Shown piece by piece: positions 1 through 10,724 of a stretch of DNA of 64,000 nucleotides. This DNA is from Clostridia bacterium. GTDB lineage: Bacteria > Bacillota > Clostridia > TANB77 > CAG-508. Both the position numbers and the translations under genes were made by a program. The notes below the pieces were generated by a model. The model had not been told where the DNA came from. It worked only from the letters and a program-made list of their open reading frames with translations, and did no database searches. The stretch lies in assembly GCA_017404025.1 (NCBI GenBank), contig JAFRDD010000038.1, positions 413 through 64,412 on the forward strand. Reading direction: 5' to 3'. Numbering within the stretch: the stretch's first letter is position 1; each line of letters starts with the position of its first letter.

Positions 1-458
1 CAACTTCAAATTTGGTTTCTAATTATATTAAAGATTTAGAATTTCCTGCAGAAACTACTGAAAATATAATTGGAATTATTCAAATTCCTAAAATAAATAT
101 TTCATATCCCATTTTTTCTAATTTAACTGATGAATTATTAAAAATATCGCCTTGTAGATTTTATGGAGAGATGCCAAACAAAATTAGTAATTTATGCATT
201 GCTGGTCATAATTACGATAATGGAAAATTTTTTAGTAATCTCTATAAATTAGATATTGGTGATGCTATTTATATTTATGACAATAATATTAACAAATTCC
301 AATATATAGTTACTGACATTTATGAAGTTGAAGAAATAGATTGGTCACCAATAAAATCGAAATCACTAAAAAATCCAACATTAACTCTTATAACTTGCAA
401 TAATAAAAATAAAAAAAGACTTATAATTAAGTCTAATCTTCAAAAAAATAAAAAGTAG
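1..458 (+). CDS. Sortase-family transpeptidase, 5'-partial (runs off window start)
   Basis: Reading frame is open to base 1 with no upstream stop. Catalytic-His region LCIAGHNYDNGKFF and catalytic-Cys motif TLITCNN (TLxTC). Convergent with an LPKTG protein gene. Confidence 0.8.
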   Translation, partial: TSNLVSNYIKDLEFPAETTENIIGIIQIPKINISYPIFSNLTDELLKISPCRFYGEMPNKISNLCIAGHNYDNGKFFSNLYKLDIGDAIYIYDNNINKFQYIVTDIYEVEEIDWSPIKSKSLKNPTLTLITCNNKNKKRLIIKSNLQKNKK

Positions 459-496
459 TTAATAATTATTATTATCAACTACTTTAAAACATTCAA

Positions 497-889
497 TTAT
501 AAGTTTTTATAATCGCTTACTTTTTTATAAGCAAATAATGCTGAAACGCCAAATACAACAACTAAAGCAGCAATTGGTAAAACATCTTCAGCTCCTGTTT
601 TAGGTAAATTTGAATTGTTATAAGAACTGTTTTTATTAGTATTCTTATTAGCGTTAGTATTAGTAACATTATTTACATTTTTATTTTCAACAACATTGTT
701 TTGTGTTTCTTCTATTTGGTTTTGCACTGCAGGTGTTTCGTTTGTTGTATTTTGTGTAAAGTCTACTGCATTCTCAAAAGGTTCATCCCAATTATCAACT
801 ACAGGATCTGCTGCAAAAACTTGTGTAGATGCTAAAGTTGTTACTACTCCTACCAAAATCACTAAAAATAATCTTCTTACATTTTTCAT
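497..889 (-). CDS. Small LPXTG-anchored cell-wall surface protein
   Basis: Signal peptide MKNVRRLFLVILVGVVTTLASTQVFA, N/T/K-rich low-complexity stalk, C-terminal LPKTG + hydrophobic helix + charged tail KKVSDYKNL. Confidence 0.8.
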   Translation of the reverse strand: MKNVRRLFLVILVGVVTTLASTQVFAADPVVDNWDEPFENAVDFTQNTTNETPAVQNQIEETQNNVVENKNVNNVTNTNANKNTNKNSSYNNSNLPKTGAEDVLPIAALVVVFGVSALFAYKKVSDYKNL

Positions 890-1051
890 TTTTTTATTCT
901 CCTTTATCCCTTGTTATATTCTTTAATCATTTTATACTTATTATTTACAATAGTCAATACTTTTAATTATTTTTTAATATTTCATTTTTATTACAGAAAT
1001 ATTACGTTTTTATTACAAAAAGTTTCAAAACATTACAATATATTTCATATA

Positions 1052-2143
1052 TTACACATTAAATTTAAATAAAACAATATCTCCATCTTGCATAATATAG
1101 TCTTTTCCTTCTGATCGTACAAGTCCTTTTTCCCTTGCTTGTACCATTGAACCGGCATCCATTAAATCATTAAATGAGACAACTTCTGCTTTTATAAATC
1201 CTCTTTCTATATCCGAATGTATCTTTCCTGCAGCTTCTGGAGCTTTAGTTCCTTTTTTTATTGTCCAAGCTCTTACTTCTGGTTCACCTGCTGTTAAAAA
1301 TGACATTAATCCTAATAAATCATAACTTCTTCTTATAACTTTATCTAGTCCAGATTCATCTAATCCAAGAGCTTCTAGCATTTCTTTTTTATCATCATCA
1401 CCTAAACCAGATAATTCTTCTTCAATTTTTACGCATAAAGGTATTACTTCTGCTTTTTCTTTTGAAGCATATTCTTTTACTTTCAAAACTAAAGGTTCAT
1501 TTTCCATGTTTTCTATTTGATTTTCATTAACATTTGCAATATATAAAATTGGTTTAGTTGTTAATAAAAACATTTCTTTTACTAGCTCTTTTTCTTCTTC
1601 ATTGTAATCTATAGCTCTTGCTGAAATTCCATTTTCCAAATTTTCTTTGATTTTTTCTAATAAATCAATTTCTACTTGATATTTTTTATCTGCTTTTAAA
1701 TTTTTTCTTGCTTTATCTAAACGTTTATTTACTGTTTCTATATCTGCAAAAATCAATTCTAAATTTATTGTTTCTATATCTCTTATAGGGTCTACGCTTC
1801 CATCAACATGAACAACATTAGGGTCTTCAAAACATCTTACAACTTCTACTATTGCGTCAGTTTCTCGAATATGTGATAAAAATTTATTTCCAAGACCTTC
1901 TCCTTTACTTGCTCCTTTCACTAAACCTGCAATATCTACAAATTCAACTACTGCATGTGTTGTTTTTTGTGGATTATACATTTTAGCTAATTCTTCTAAT
2001 CTTTCATCTGGAACAGGTACAACACCTACATTAGGTTCTATTGTACAAAATGGATAGTTTGCACATTCTGCTCCGGCTTTTGTTATACTATTAAACATCG
2101 TGCTTTTTCCTACATTAGGAAGACCTACTATTCCTAATTTCAT
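1052..2143 (-). CDS. ychF: Ribosome-binding ATPase YchF
   Basis: 363 aa. P-loop GLPNVGKST at the N-terminus and YchF-type C-terminal TGS-like domain (GKIHSDIERGFIKAEV). Length and order typical of YchF/Ola1. Confidence 0.93.
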   Translation of the reverse strand: MKLGIVGLPNVGKSTMFNSITKAGAECANYPFCTIEPNVGVVPVPDERLEELAKMYNPQKTTHAVVEFVDIAGLVKGASKGEGLGNKFLSHIRETDAIVEVVRCFEDPNVVHVDGSVDPIRDIETINLELIFADIETVNKRLDKARKNLKADKKYQVEIDLLEKIKENLENGISARAIDYNEEEKELVKEMFLLTTKPILYIANVNENQIENMENEPLVLKVKEYASKEKAEVIPLCVKIEEELSGLGDDDKKEMLEALGLDESGLDKVIRRSYDLLGLMSFLTAGEPEVRAWTIKKGTKAPEAAGKIHSDIERGFIKAEVVSFNDLMDAGSMVQAREKGLVRSEGKDYIMQDGDIVLFKFNV

Positions 2144-2155
2144 TGAATTTTCCTC

Positions 2156-4084
2156 CTACTCTTTATTTTCAATTTCTGTTTTAATTTTTGAAATAAAGTC
2201 TTTCATCTTCATTGTTCCAGCGTCTGTTTCTCTTCTAGAACGAACTGTTACTTCTTCATTTTCTTTTTCTTTATCTCCAATTACTAACATATATGGTATT
2301 TTTTCCATCTGGGCTTCACGAATTTTGTAACCGATTTTTTCATTTCTACTATCAAATTTTACCCTTAGTCCCTCTTTTTGTAACTCTTCTTGAAGTTTTT
2401 TGCAGTATTCATGCTGTTTTTCACTTATTGGTAATATTTTTATTTGTATAGGAGCAAGCCATAATGGTAAATTTCCCTTCGTTTCTTCTAGCAAGAAAGA
2501 AATAAATCTATCTGATGTACCAAGTATTGCTCTATGTATTACAACTGGTCTATGTTTTTGTCCATCTTCACCTATATAAGACAAATCAAATCTTTCTGGA
2601 AGTGCAAAATCTAATTGACATGTTGGTATTGTTACATCATGTCCTAAGGCTGTTTTTATTTGTATATCTATTTTTGGTCCATAAAAGGCAGCTTCTCCTT
2701 CTGCTTCATAAAAATCGATATTCAAATCTTTTAGAATTTCTCTCAATTGACTTTCTGCTGTTTCCCACATTTCATCATTATCAATATACTTTTCTTTTTC
2801 CTTGCTTCTTAAAGATAATCTAAATGCAAAATTCTCTCTTGCAAATCCAAAATCTTTTAGATAAACTTCAAATATTAAATTTAATACTTTTCCAACTTCT
2901 TCTTTTATTTGATCTGGTCTTACAAATAAATGTGAATCATTTTGACACATTTGGCGAACTCTTTCTAATCCACATACAGCACCAGAGTTTTCATATCTAA
3001 AATCATGTGCAAGTTCTGCTATTTTAATTGGTAAATCTTTATAAGAACGCAAAGAATTTTTATAAATTAACATATGGTGCGGACAATTCATTGGTCTTAA
3101 AACCAATTCCTCATTATCCATTTTCATTATTGGAAACATATCATCTTTGTAATGATCCCAATGTCCACTAGTTTTATAAAGCTCTGTTGTAGCTAAACTT
3201 GGTGTATAAACATGTTCATATCCCATTTTTAGTTCTTTGTCTTGAATATATCTTTCAAGTATTCTTCTTATTGTTGCTCCATTTGGTAAGTACATTGGAA
3301 GACCTGCTCCAACTAAAGGATGTGTCATAAATAAATCTAGATCTTTTCCGATTTTTCTATGGTCACGTGCTTTTCTATCTTCAAGTATTTGCATATATTC
3401 ATCTAATTGACTTGCCTTTGGAAATGAAATTGCATAAATTCTTTGTAACATTTTATTATGCTCATCCCCTCTCCAATAAGCTCCGGAAGAAGATAATAAT
3501 TTTATTGATTTTATTTTGCCTGTACTTTCTAGATGTGGTCCAGCACATAAATCTATAAATTCCCCTTGTTTATAGAAACTTATTTCTTCTCCTTCTTTTA
3601 AATCATTTATTAATTCTTGTTTATATGGCTCATCTTTCATTAATTCTAAAGCTTCTTTTTTTGATAAAGAAAATTTTTCTATTTCTAAATTTTCTTTTAT
3701 GATTTTCTTCATTTCTGCTTCTATTTTCTCTTTATCTTCATCTGTAAAAGGATTTTCTATATCAAAATCATAATAAAAACCTTCTTCAATTGCAGGTCCT
3801 ATAGCAAGTTTTGCATTTGGAAACAATCTTTTTATAGCTTGTGCCATCACATGAGACGTAGTATGCCAATAAGCTTTTTTTCCCTCTAAACTTGATTCAA
3901 AAGTTTCAATTGTAAGTGAACAATCTTCATTTAATTCATATCTTAAATCTTTAACTTCACCATTTACTATTCCACAAGTTGCCACTCTAGCCAATCCCTC
4001 ACTAATTTTTTTGGCTAAGTTTAATATTGATATTCCTTTTTCAACTTCTAAATTTGTTCCATCTTTCAATGTTACTTTAATCAT
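2156..4084 (-). CDS. thrS: Threonine--tRNA ligase
   Basis: 642 aa. TGS N-terminus (MIKVTLKDG), editing domain, class II core (RPMNCPHH, FRYENSGA, HRPVVIHRAILGT), anticodon-binding C-terminus. RBS GGAGGA 8 nt upstream. Confidence 0.96.
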   Translation of the reverse strand: MIKVTLKDGTNLEVEKGISILNLAKKISEGLARVATCGIVNGEVKDLRYELNEDCSLTIETFESSLEGKKAYWHTTSHVMAQAIKRLFPNAKLAIGPAIEEGFYYDFDIENPFTDEDKEKIEAEMKKIIKENLEIEKFSLSKKEALELMKDEPYKQELINDLKEGEEISFYKQGEFIDLCAGPHLESTGKIKSIKLLSSSGAYWRGDEHNKMLQRIYAISFPKASQLDEYMQILEDRKARDHRKIGKDLDLFMTHPLVGAGLPMYLPNGATIRRILERYIQDKELKMGYEHVYTPSLATTELYKTSGHWDHYKDDMFPIMKMDNEELVLRPMNCPHHMLIYKNSLRSYKDLPIKIAELAHDFRYENSGAVCGLERVRQMCQNDSHLFVRPDQIKEEVGKVLNLIFEVYLKDFGFARENFAFRLSLRSKEKEKYIDNDEMWETAESQLREILKDLNIDFYEAEGEAAFYGPKIDIQIKTALGHDVTIPTCQLDFALPERFDLSYIGEDGQKHRPVVIHRAILGTSDRFISFLLEETKGNLPLWLAPIQIKILPISEKQHEYCKKLQEELQKEGLRVKFDSRNEKIGYKIREAQMEKIPYMLVIGDKEKENEEVTVRSRRETDAGTMKMKDFISKIKTEIENKE

Positions 4085-4160
4085 AATTTTCCTCCGATTT
4101 TTAATTTTATTTCTAATATATATATTTTAACTTTTTTTTAGAAAAAGTCAATAAAAATCA

Positions 4161-4189
4161 TTTACTTTTTTGAAAATCTACTGTATAAT
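4161..4189 (+). promoter_or_regulatory. Candidate sigma-A promoter for tRNA-Thr (TTTACT-17 nt-TATAAT)
   Basis: TTTACT at 4161-4166 and TATAAT at 4184-4189 with 17-nt spacing, preceded by TG. About 10 nt upstream of the tRNA 5' end. Confidence 0.4.
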
Positions 4190-4199
4190 TTTTTAAGTT

Positions 4200-4275
4200 G
4201 CTTCCATAGCTCAGTAGGTAGAGTGCATCCTTGGTAAGGATGAGGTCACGGGTTCAATTCCCGTTGGAAGCCCCA
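4200..4275 (+). tRNA. tRNA-Thr (anticodon GGT), CCA encoded
   Basis: Hand-folded cloverleaf. Acceptor GCTTCCA/TGGAAGC, D-arm GCTC..GAGT, anticodon stem CATCC/GGATG with loop TTGGTAA (GGT), T-arm ACGGG TTCAATT CCCGT, discriminator C, then CCA. Confidence 0.9.
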
Positions 4276-4287
4276 TAAATAACTTAA

Positions 4288-4315
4288 AAGCGAGAAGGTA
4301 TTAACCTCCTCGCTT
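4288..4315. terminator. Bidirectional hairpin terminator between tRNA-Thr and the sigH unit
   Basis: AAGCGAGAAGG / CCTCCTCGCTT stem (one mismatch, a G-U pair on the minus-strand RNA), 6-nt loop, T-rich tracts on both strands. Confidence 0.55.
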
Positions 4316-4326
4316 TCTTGCCTGGT

Positions 4327-4455
4327 TTACTCTCTAACAAACAATTCGAGGGGTTCTCCTAAAAACCCTCCTCTTTGCTCATCCATAAAAATGCGCCAGG
4401 AAGAATCTTCATCGTATACGTCATAGAGTGCCGCTATCTGGAACTTCTTTGTCAT
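4327..4455 (-). CDS. Hypothetical 42-aa ORF inside a GC-rich patch (could instead be a structured RNA)
   Basis: ATG..TAA ORF MTKKFQIAALYDVYDEDSSWRIFMDEQRGGFLGEPLELFVRE. No convincing SD. Local GC clearly above the surroundings. Terminator hairpin immediately downstream. Confidence 0.25.
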   Translation of the reverse strand: MTKKFQIAALYDVYDEDSSWRIFMDEQRGGFLGEPLELFVRE

Positions 4456-4469
4456 TTTTTACAATCGTT

Positions 4470-5111
4470 CTACCTAAAGAAATTTGTTATTGCTTTTTTT
4501 CTTATTCGTTGAATTGCATTATCAACCGATTTTACTGGTGCATCCAATTTGCTTGCTATTGTAACATAGCTATCACCTTGCATATATCTATTTAATACTT
4601 GTTTTTCAAATTTACTTAAATTTTTATCTATTGCATCTTCTACTTCTTCATAATACTCTCTTTTAGTTATTGTATCTAATGGATCTTCTATTGTTTTACT
4701 ATTAAATGTGTCTATTAATTCATTACTATCTTCATCATTTTCATATGCAGAAATATTTAACGAAAGATATGAATTAAGTGGCATATGTTTTTGCCTATTT
4801 GAACTTTTAATTGCTGTTATCATTTGGCGTTCTATACATATATTTGCAAAAGTTTTAAAAGTATTTTGTTTTTCTTCATCAAAATCTTTTATTGCTTTGA
4901 AAAGGCCTATCATTCCTTCTTGAATCATATCATCTTTTTCAGAGCCAATCATGTAATATTTGCCAGCTTTAATGCATACTAAATCTTTATATTTTTCTAA
5001 TAAAAATGATAAAGCTTGTTCATCTCCATTTTTTATTAGTTCTATTATTTTCTCGTCATTTAAATTAGTATATTTATCTGTAGAATAAAATATTTTGTTT
5101 TCTTGTTGCAT
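4470..5111 (-). CDS. sigH: RNA polymerase sporulation sigma factor SigH (Spo0H)
   Basis: 213 aa. QEGMIGLFKAIKDFDEEKQNTFKTFANICIERQMITAIKSSNRQKHMPLNSYLSLN closely parallels the B. subtilis SigH region 2-3 signature (..TRQIITAIKTATRQKHIPLNSY..). Confidence 0.88.
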   Translation of the reverse strand: MQQENKIFYSTDKYTNLNDEKIIELIKNGDEQALSFLLEKYKDLVCIKAGKYYMIGSEKDDMIQEGMIGLFKAIKDFDEEKQNTFKTFANICIERQMITAIKSSNRQKHMPLNSYLSLNISAYENDEDSNELIDTFNSKTIEDPLDTITKREYYEEVEDAIDKNLSKFEKQVLNRYMQGDSYVTIASKLDAPVKSVDNAIQRIRKKAITNFFR

Positions 5112-5185
5112 TAGACTTAAATACCTCCAAAAGTAATTCTTTATGTATTATAGTTTTCAACTACTGAAAAGTCAAGTTTTTTTAA

Positions 5186-6877
5186 TTATTTTATACTTAA
5201 TTCTTCTTTAAATACTTTCCATATATCTTCGTTTTCCATACCTTTTGCCCAAGCTCCTACGCCGGCTAAGTTATTTTCATTAATTAAGTTTAGTTTCGTT
5301 TTTAAAGACTCTATGTCTTCTATCCACATTTTTTTAGTGTTAGAGCCTTCTAAATATTCAACATAATTTTGTTTTGCACCATCATCCCATTTTTTTTCAA
5401 TATTGCTATTTGGAAGCGCTCGATTAATATTTTTCATAGTTACAACAGAACTCTTTACATATCCTTTGGAATCTATTGTCCATAATCTTGTAAAAAATGG
5501 AACACCTAATATTATTTTATTTGACTCTATTTCTTCTGTTTTTAAAAATTTATTTAAACTTAGTTTAACCCAATCATATCCCGCTGTTGGTCCTGCTTCT
5601 GAACTTGATGATCCAAACTCATCATAAGCCATAAATATTATATAATCTGCAACATCTCCAATCACATGTCTATCAAAGCATAAAGACCATGTATCTCCAC
5701 CATCTGGTGCTGTGACATCAACTGTTGTTACTAATCCCAATTCTTGCATTCTTGGAGTAAGCTCTATAATAAATCTTGAATATAAATCTTTATCTTCTTT
5801 TTTCATATTTTCAAAATCTATATTTATTCCATCTATTTTATATGTTTTACACATTCTAACAATTTGCTCTATTAAGTTTTGTCTTTTATTATAGTCATTC
5901 ATTATGCCTGAAGTAACTTTTAGCATTCCATCTCCTGCATTTTGCACCATTGGCCATATTTTGTAACCATTTTTATGAGCCCATTCTATATATTTTTGAC
6001 CACTTTCGCCTATATTAGCTTGTATTACTCCTTTGGAATCCAAATGGAAAAATGCGGGTGAAACAACATTAACTCCTTCTATTCTAGTATTAGTTCTATC
6101 AGGTGCAGTGGCCACTTCAGAATAGTAATCCCATACCAAATTAACTTTTCCATTTATTTGTTTTGATTTTTCTTCGGCTTTTACTCTTAGTGTAGTTTCA
6201 TTTGTTAATTTTGCTGTTTTTACAAATCCTAATTTTCCATTTTCAGTTCTAATCTTTGACCAACCATTATTCTCTGAAGAAATTAAATATACATTTTCAC
6301 CTTTTTTTACTTTATCTACTGTTTTTGCAATAAAATTAGTAGATGACTTTACCGTAGAATTACTTGTTAATGTTGCTCTTTTTAGTTCTCTATCTTTTGA
6401 ATCAATAGTTACAACTTTAGAGCTTGAAATATTTTTAATTTCTATATTATAAATATCTGTCATCTCTGAAATTGGTATATAAATAGTATCATTTTTATTT
6501 ATAGCATGTGCTTTTATTCTTTTATCAGATCCATTTACATTTATAGTATCAGAATTAAATCCAATACTCGCAACTTTGTCTTCATTTGTAGTAATTATTT
6601 TTTGTACTTTTGAATCTTCATAGATGTACTTATCAAAAAAATTAGCTATATCTTGTTTTGATAAATATATTACATCATCTTGTATTAATACTTGTTTTTT
6701 TAAATTTGAAGTTATATTTTTATTATTTATTACTAAATTTGTACTCGCATTTTGATCAAAAACTATTACATTGTTTACTATATAAAATCCTACAAATATT
6801 GCTATAATTATGAACATAATTATAAAAGTTATAATTAATTTTTTTCCTTTTTTATTTTCTTTTGTTATCTTTTCCAT
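5186..6877 (-). CDS. Membrane-anchored GH18 glycoside hydrolase with stalk and SH3-like domains (YaaH/YdhD-like spore peptidoglycan hydrolase family)
   Basis: 563 aa. N-terminal TM helix, copper-amine-oxidase-N-like repeat, SH3-like segment (NGWSKIRTENGKLGFV), GH18 catalytic motif DGINIDFE. Specific substrate not determinable. Confidence 0.75.
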   Translation of the reverse strand: MEKITKENKKGKKLIITFIIMFIIIAIFVGFYIVNNVIVFDQNASTNLVINNKNITSNLKKQVLIQDDVIYLSKQDIANFFDKYIYEDSKVQKIITTNEDKVASIGFNSDTINVNGSDKRIKAHAINKNDTIYIPISEMTDIYNIEIKNISSSKVVTIDSKDRELKRATLTSNSTVKSSTNFIAKTVDKVKKGENVYLISSENNGWSKIRTENGKLGFVKTAKLTNETTLRVKAEEKSKQINGKVNLVWDYYSEVATAPDRTNTRIEGVNVVSPAFFHLDSKGVIQANIGESGQKYIEWAHKNGYKIWPMVQNAGDGMLKVTSGIMNDYNKRQNLIEQIVRMCKTYKIDGINIDFENMKKEDKDLYSRFIIELTPRMQELGLVTTVDVTAPDGGDTWSLCFDRHVIGDVADYIIFMAYDEFGSSSSEAGPTAGYDWVKLSLNKFLKTEEIESNKIILGVPFFTRLWTIDSKGYVKSSVVTMKNINRALPNSNIEKKWDDGAKQNYVEYLEGSNTKKMWIEDIESLKTKLNLINENNLAGVGAWAKGMENEDIWKVFKEELSIK

Positions 6878-6969
6878 ACCTTTTCTCCTCTATATATTTT
6901 ATATATATCATCATTATATCAATATATTATAAATAAAATCAATATTTTTGTAATAAAATTTTAAACAGA

Positions 6970-7038
6970 TTTTCAACAGGGACGGTCCTTTTTGAAAATT
7001 TTCTAATTTTTTTCAAAAAGGACCGTCCCTGTTGAAAA
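6970..7038. repeat. Two inverted copies of a 29-bp palindromic repeat forming a perfect 29-bp stem hairpin (likely uvrA terminator)
   Basis: TTTTCAACAGGGACGGTCCTTTTTGAAAA (6970-6998) and its exact reverse complement (7010-7038), separated by 11 nt. The same unit recurs at 16659, 16699 and 18194. Confidence 0.9.
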
Positions 7039-7050
7039 TCCAATAAAGAA

Positions 7051-9882
7051 TTACAAATATTTCTTTAAAAATTTGCCTGTATAACTTTCTGTTATTTTGC
7101 AAATTTCTTCTGGAGTTCCAGTGGCAACTAGTGTTCCTCCTTTTTCTCCACCTTCTGGTCCTAAATCTATTATATTGTCACAAGTTTTTATTAAATCTAA
7201 ATTATGTTCAATAACAATAATTGTATTTCCTGTGTCAACTAATCTTTGCAAAATATCAACTAATCTGTGAACATCTGCTATATGGAGTCCAGTTGTTGGT
7301 TCATCTAAAATGTATAATGTTTTTCCAGTTGGCTTTTTAGATAATTCTGTTGCAAGTTTAACACGCTGTGCTTCTCCTCCTGAAAGTGTAGTTGAAGGCT
7401 GTCCTAATTTTATATATCCAAGACCAACATCATATAATGTTTGAATTTTGTTTTTAATTTTTGGTATCTTATCAAAAAATGTTAATGCATCTTCAACAGT
7501 CATTTCTAATACATCAGAAATATTTTTTCCTTTATATTTAACTTCTAAAGTTTCTCTATTATATCTTTTTCCTTTGCAAACTTCGCAAGGCACATATATA
7601 TCAGGTAAAAAATGCATTTCAATTTTATGCACACCATCTCCAGAACAGCTTTCGCATCTTCCTCCTGCAACATTAAAACTAAATCTTCCTTTTTCATATC
7701 CTCTTATTTTTGCCTCTTCGGTTGAAGCAAAAATATCTCTTATAAAATCAAATACCCCTGTATATGTTGCTGGATTTGAACGTGGTGTTCTTCCAATTGG
7801 AGATTGGTCTATATTAATTATTTTATCGATATTTTCAAGTCCTTTAACACCTTTACATTTTCCTGGCTTTTCATTTGAACCATTTAGTTCTTTTGCAATT
7901 GTTTTATAAAGCACTTCATTTACAAGTGTTGATTTTCCAGAACCTGAAACACCAGTAACACAATTAAACACACTAAGAGGTATCTTAACATTAATGTTTT
8001 TAAGGTTATTTTCTGTTGCACCTTGTATTTCAATATATTTTGATTTAGTCTGTTTTCTTCTCTTTTTAGGTACTTCTATTTTTTTAGTACCACTTAAATA
8101 TTGCCCTGTTATAGATTCTTTAATATTTTTTATTTCTTCTGCTGTTCCTTGGGCTAATACTTGTCCACCATGAATTCCAGCACCAGGTCCAATATCTATT
8201 ATTTGGTCTGCTGCATACATTGTATCTTCATCATGTTCAACTACTAAAAGTGTATTTCCTAAGTCTCTCAATTTTTTTAATGTTGCAAGTAACCTATCAT
8301 TGTCTCTTTGATGTAAACCTATACTTGGTTCATCAAGTATATACAAAACGCCTGTTAGCCCTGAGCCTATCTGAGTTGCAAGACGTATACGTTGTGCTTC
8401 TCCACCAGATAATGTTCCACTACTTCTTGATAATGTTAAATATTCTAACCCTACATCAATTAAGAATTGCAATCTTTGATTAATTTCTTTTAAAATCAAA
8501 TCAGATATCATTGCTTGTGTTTTATTTAATTTTAAAGAGTTTAAGTATTTTTGTATTTTATTTATTGGCATTTCCGTTAATTCATTTATGTTCTTTGTTC
8601 CGATTTTTATTGATAATATCTCTGGCTTTAATCTTGCGCCATGGCAGTCATTACATGGTAAATCTGTCATGTACATCTCATAGAAATCTCTCATTCCTTG
8701 TGATTTTGTTTCATTATGTCGTCTGTCCAATGTAGGAAGTACCCCTTCAAACGGAGCTTTAAATTTTCTTGTTCCTGCATATGATGTATATTCAAAATCG
8801 ATTTCTTCATCCCCTGTACCATATAAAATCTTTTCCATAAACCAGCGAGGTAATGTTTTTATTTTTTTATTTTTTATTTCAACTCCATAATGTTTTCCTA
8901 AGCTTTCAAAGTACATTTTTGCCATTGTATCACCTTTTTTCATTGTACTTGCCCCAAAAGCTTTAATTCCGTCATATAAAGTTTTGTTTTTGTCTGGTAC
9001 TATTAAATCTTCATCCATTTTCATCAAATATCCAATTCCTGTACATGTTGGACACGCTCCAAATGGATTATTAAAAGAAAACATTCTTGGACTTAATTCT
9101 GGGAAACTAAATCCGCACGATGGACATGCATAATTAGAACTATATAAGATTGGCTCTTTTCCAATTATATCTATTAAAACCAAATTATCTGCATGTTTTA
9201 AAGCTATTTCAACAGATTCTGTTAATCTGCTACTAATATCTGGTTTTATAACTAATCTATCAACTACTAGTTCTACCTCATGTTTTTTATTCTTATCTAA
9301 TTTTATTTCATCTTCTCCCAGCTGAAAAATCTCTCCATCTATTTTTACTCTTACAAATCCTTCCTTTTGATAATCTTCTAATTGTTTTGTAAACTCTCCT
9401 TTACGTCCTCTTACAACTGGTGCTAAGACTTGAATTTTTGTTCCTTCTTCAAGATTCATTATATTATCTATTATTTGGTCGATCGATTGTTTTTCAATTT
9501 TTAAATTACAATTTGGACAATATGGTACCCCAATTCTTGCATATAATAAACGAATATAATCATATATTTCAGTAACTGTTCCTACTGTTGAACGAGGATT
9601 TTTTGATGTTGTTTTTTGATCTATAGATATTGCTGGTGAAAGTCCTTCTATACTTTCAACATCTGGCTTTTCCATTAATCCTAAAAATTGTCTTGCATAA
9701 GATGATAAACTTTCTACATATCTTCTTTGTCCTTCTGCATATAAAGTATCAAATGCTAAACTTGATTTTCCTGACCCAGAAAGTCCTGTAATAACAACTA
9801 ATTTGTCTCTTGGAATTTCTAAATCTATATTTTTTAAATTATGTTCTTTTGCCCCTTTTATTATTATCTTATCATTATTCAT
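7051..9882 (-). CDS. uvrA: Excinuclease ABC subunit A
   Basis: 943 aa. Two ABC ATPase modules ([18 protein letters not shown]; LSGGEAQR twice), zinc-finger CxxC pairs, canonical N-terminus [12 protein letters not shown]. Confidence 0.97.
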   Translation of the reverse strand: MNNDKIIIKGAKEHNLKNIDLEIPRDKLVVITGLSGSGKSSLAFDTLYAEGQRRYVESLSSYARQFLGLMEKPDVESIEGLSPAISIDQKTTSKNPRSTVGTVTEIYDYIRLLYARIGVPYCPNCNLKIEKQSIDQIIDNIMNLEEGTKIQVLAPVVRGRKGEFTKQLEDYQKEGFVRVKIDGEIFQLGEDEIKLDKNKKHEVELVVDRLVIKPDISSRLTESVEIALKHADNLVLIDIIGKEPILYSSNYACPSCGFSFPELSPRMFSFNNPFGACPTCTGIGYLMKMDEDLIVPDKNKTLYDGIKAFGASTMKKGDTMAKMYFESLGKHYGVEIKNKKIKTLPRWFMEKILYGTGDEEIDFEYTSYAGTRKFKAPFEGVLPTLDRRHNETKSQGMRDFYEMYMTDLPCNDCHGARLKPEILSIKIGTKNINELTEMPINKIQKYLNSLKLNKTQAMISDLILKEINQRLQFLIDVGLEYLTLSRSSGTLSGGEAQRIRLATQIGSGLTGVLYILDEPSIGLHQRDNDRLLATLKKLRDLGNTLLVVEHDEDTMYAADQIIDIGPGAGIHGGQVLAQGTAEEIKNIKESITGQYLSGTKKIEVPKKRRKQTKSKYIEIQGATENNLKNINVKIPLSVFNCVTGVSGSGKSTLVNEVLYKTIAKELNGSNEKPGKCKGVKGLENIDKIINIDQSPIGRTPRSNPATYTGVFDFIRDIFASTEEAKIRGYEKGRFSFNVAGGRCESCSGDGVHKIEMHFLPDIYVPCEVCKGKRYNRETLEVKYKGKNISDVLEMTVEDALTFFDKIPKIKNKIQTLYDVGLGYIKLGQPSTTLSGGEAQRVKLATELSKKPTGKTLYILDEPTTGLHIADVHRLVDILQRLVDTGNTIIVIEHNLDLIKTCDNIIDLGPEGGEKGGTLVATGTPEEICKITESYTGKFLKKYL

Positions 9883-9915
9883 TTTTTCCCCCTAAAAATT
9901 TTAATATACTATATA

Positions 9916-10605
9916 CTAGTCATTTTTTTGCAAGCTACATTCGGCTAAAGAAGCTATTAGAGCTTTTATCTTTATACCTTGTTCAGAAAACATTCTTTCA
10001 TGTTCTGTTTCTATATTATTTCCATTAAAAATATCTTTATCATGTAAATCATAAGAAATAGCTTCTATTTTAAATCCACTTTCCTTAAAATATGTAATGC
10101 TTGATTCAAATAATCCATCATCATCTGTTTTAAAATATATTTTGCCTTCTTTTGATAAAAATTCTTTATATTTTTCAAGTTGTCTTGTATGTGTTAATCT
10201 CTTTTTTCTGTGTTTTCCTTTTGGCCAAGGATTACAAAAATTTATATATATTCTTTCTATTTTATCCGTTTTATCTAAAATCAGCAAAATTCTTTCTATG
10301 TCGAATCTTGTAATTACAACATTATTAGGTTCGATATTTTTTTCTTTATATATTTCCTCTATATTTCTTTTAGCTAATCCTAACATAGCATCTACTAAGT
10401 CAATTGCTATATAATTTATATTTAAATTTTTAGATGCTAATCTAGATATAAATTGTCCTTTTCCGCATCCAAGTTCTAAATGTATAGGGTTTTCATTGTT
10501 TTTAAAAAAATTTTTCCATTTTCCTTTCCATTCTTCTGGATTATCTACATAAAATTTACTTGCTTCTAATTCTGGCCTTGCCCATTTTTTATATCTTATT
10601 CTCAT
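9916..10605 (-). CDS. trmB: tRNA (guanine46-N7)-methyltransferase
   Basis: 229 aa. SAM-binding [10 protein letters not shown] and conserved [15 protein letters not shown] motif typical of TrmB. Confidence 0.9.
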   Translation of the reverse strand: MRIRYKKWARPELEASKFYVDNPEEWKGKWKNFFKNNENPIHLELGCGKGQFISRLASKNLNINYIAIDLVDAMLGLAKRNIEEIYKEKNIEPNNVVITRFDIERILLILDKTDKIERIYINFCNPWPKGKHRKKRLTHTRQLEKYKEFLSKEGKIYFKTDDDGLFESSITYFKESGFKIEAISYDLHDKDIFNGNNIETEHERMFSEQGIKIKALIASLAECSLQKND

Positions 10606-10724
10606 TTTCGACTCCTTTTTACAATATACCTAAGATTTTATCATATTTTTAGTTTTTTGTAAATTATTGTTTTTTATACCATAATTCCCTTTTATTTTTA
10701 TTTAATTTGTTATATACTTATTAT

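Noticed and set aside
990-1047. Four ATTAC(A/G) motifs spaced about 10-23 bp apart upstream of the LPKTG protein gene, as a possible response-regulator site
   Set aside because: The motif is short, the background is about 80% A+T, and the spacing is irregular. It cannot be distinguished from chance.
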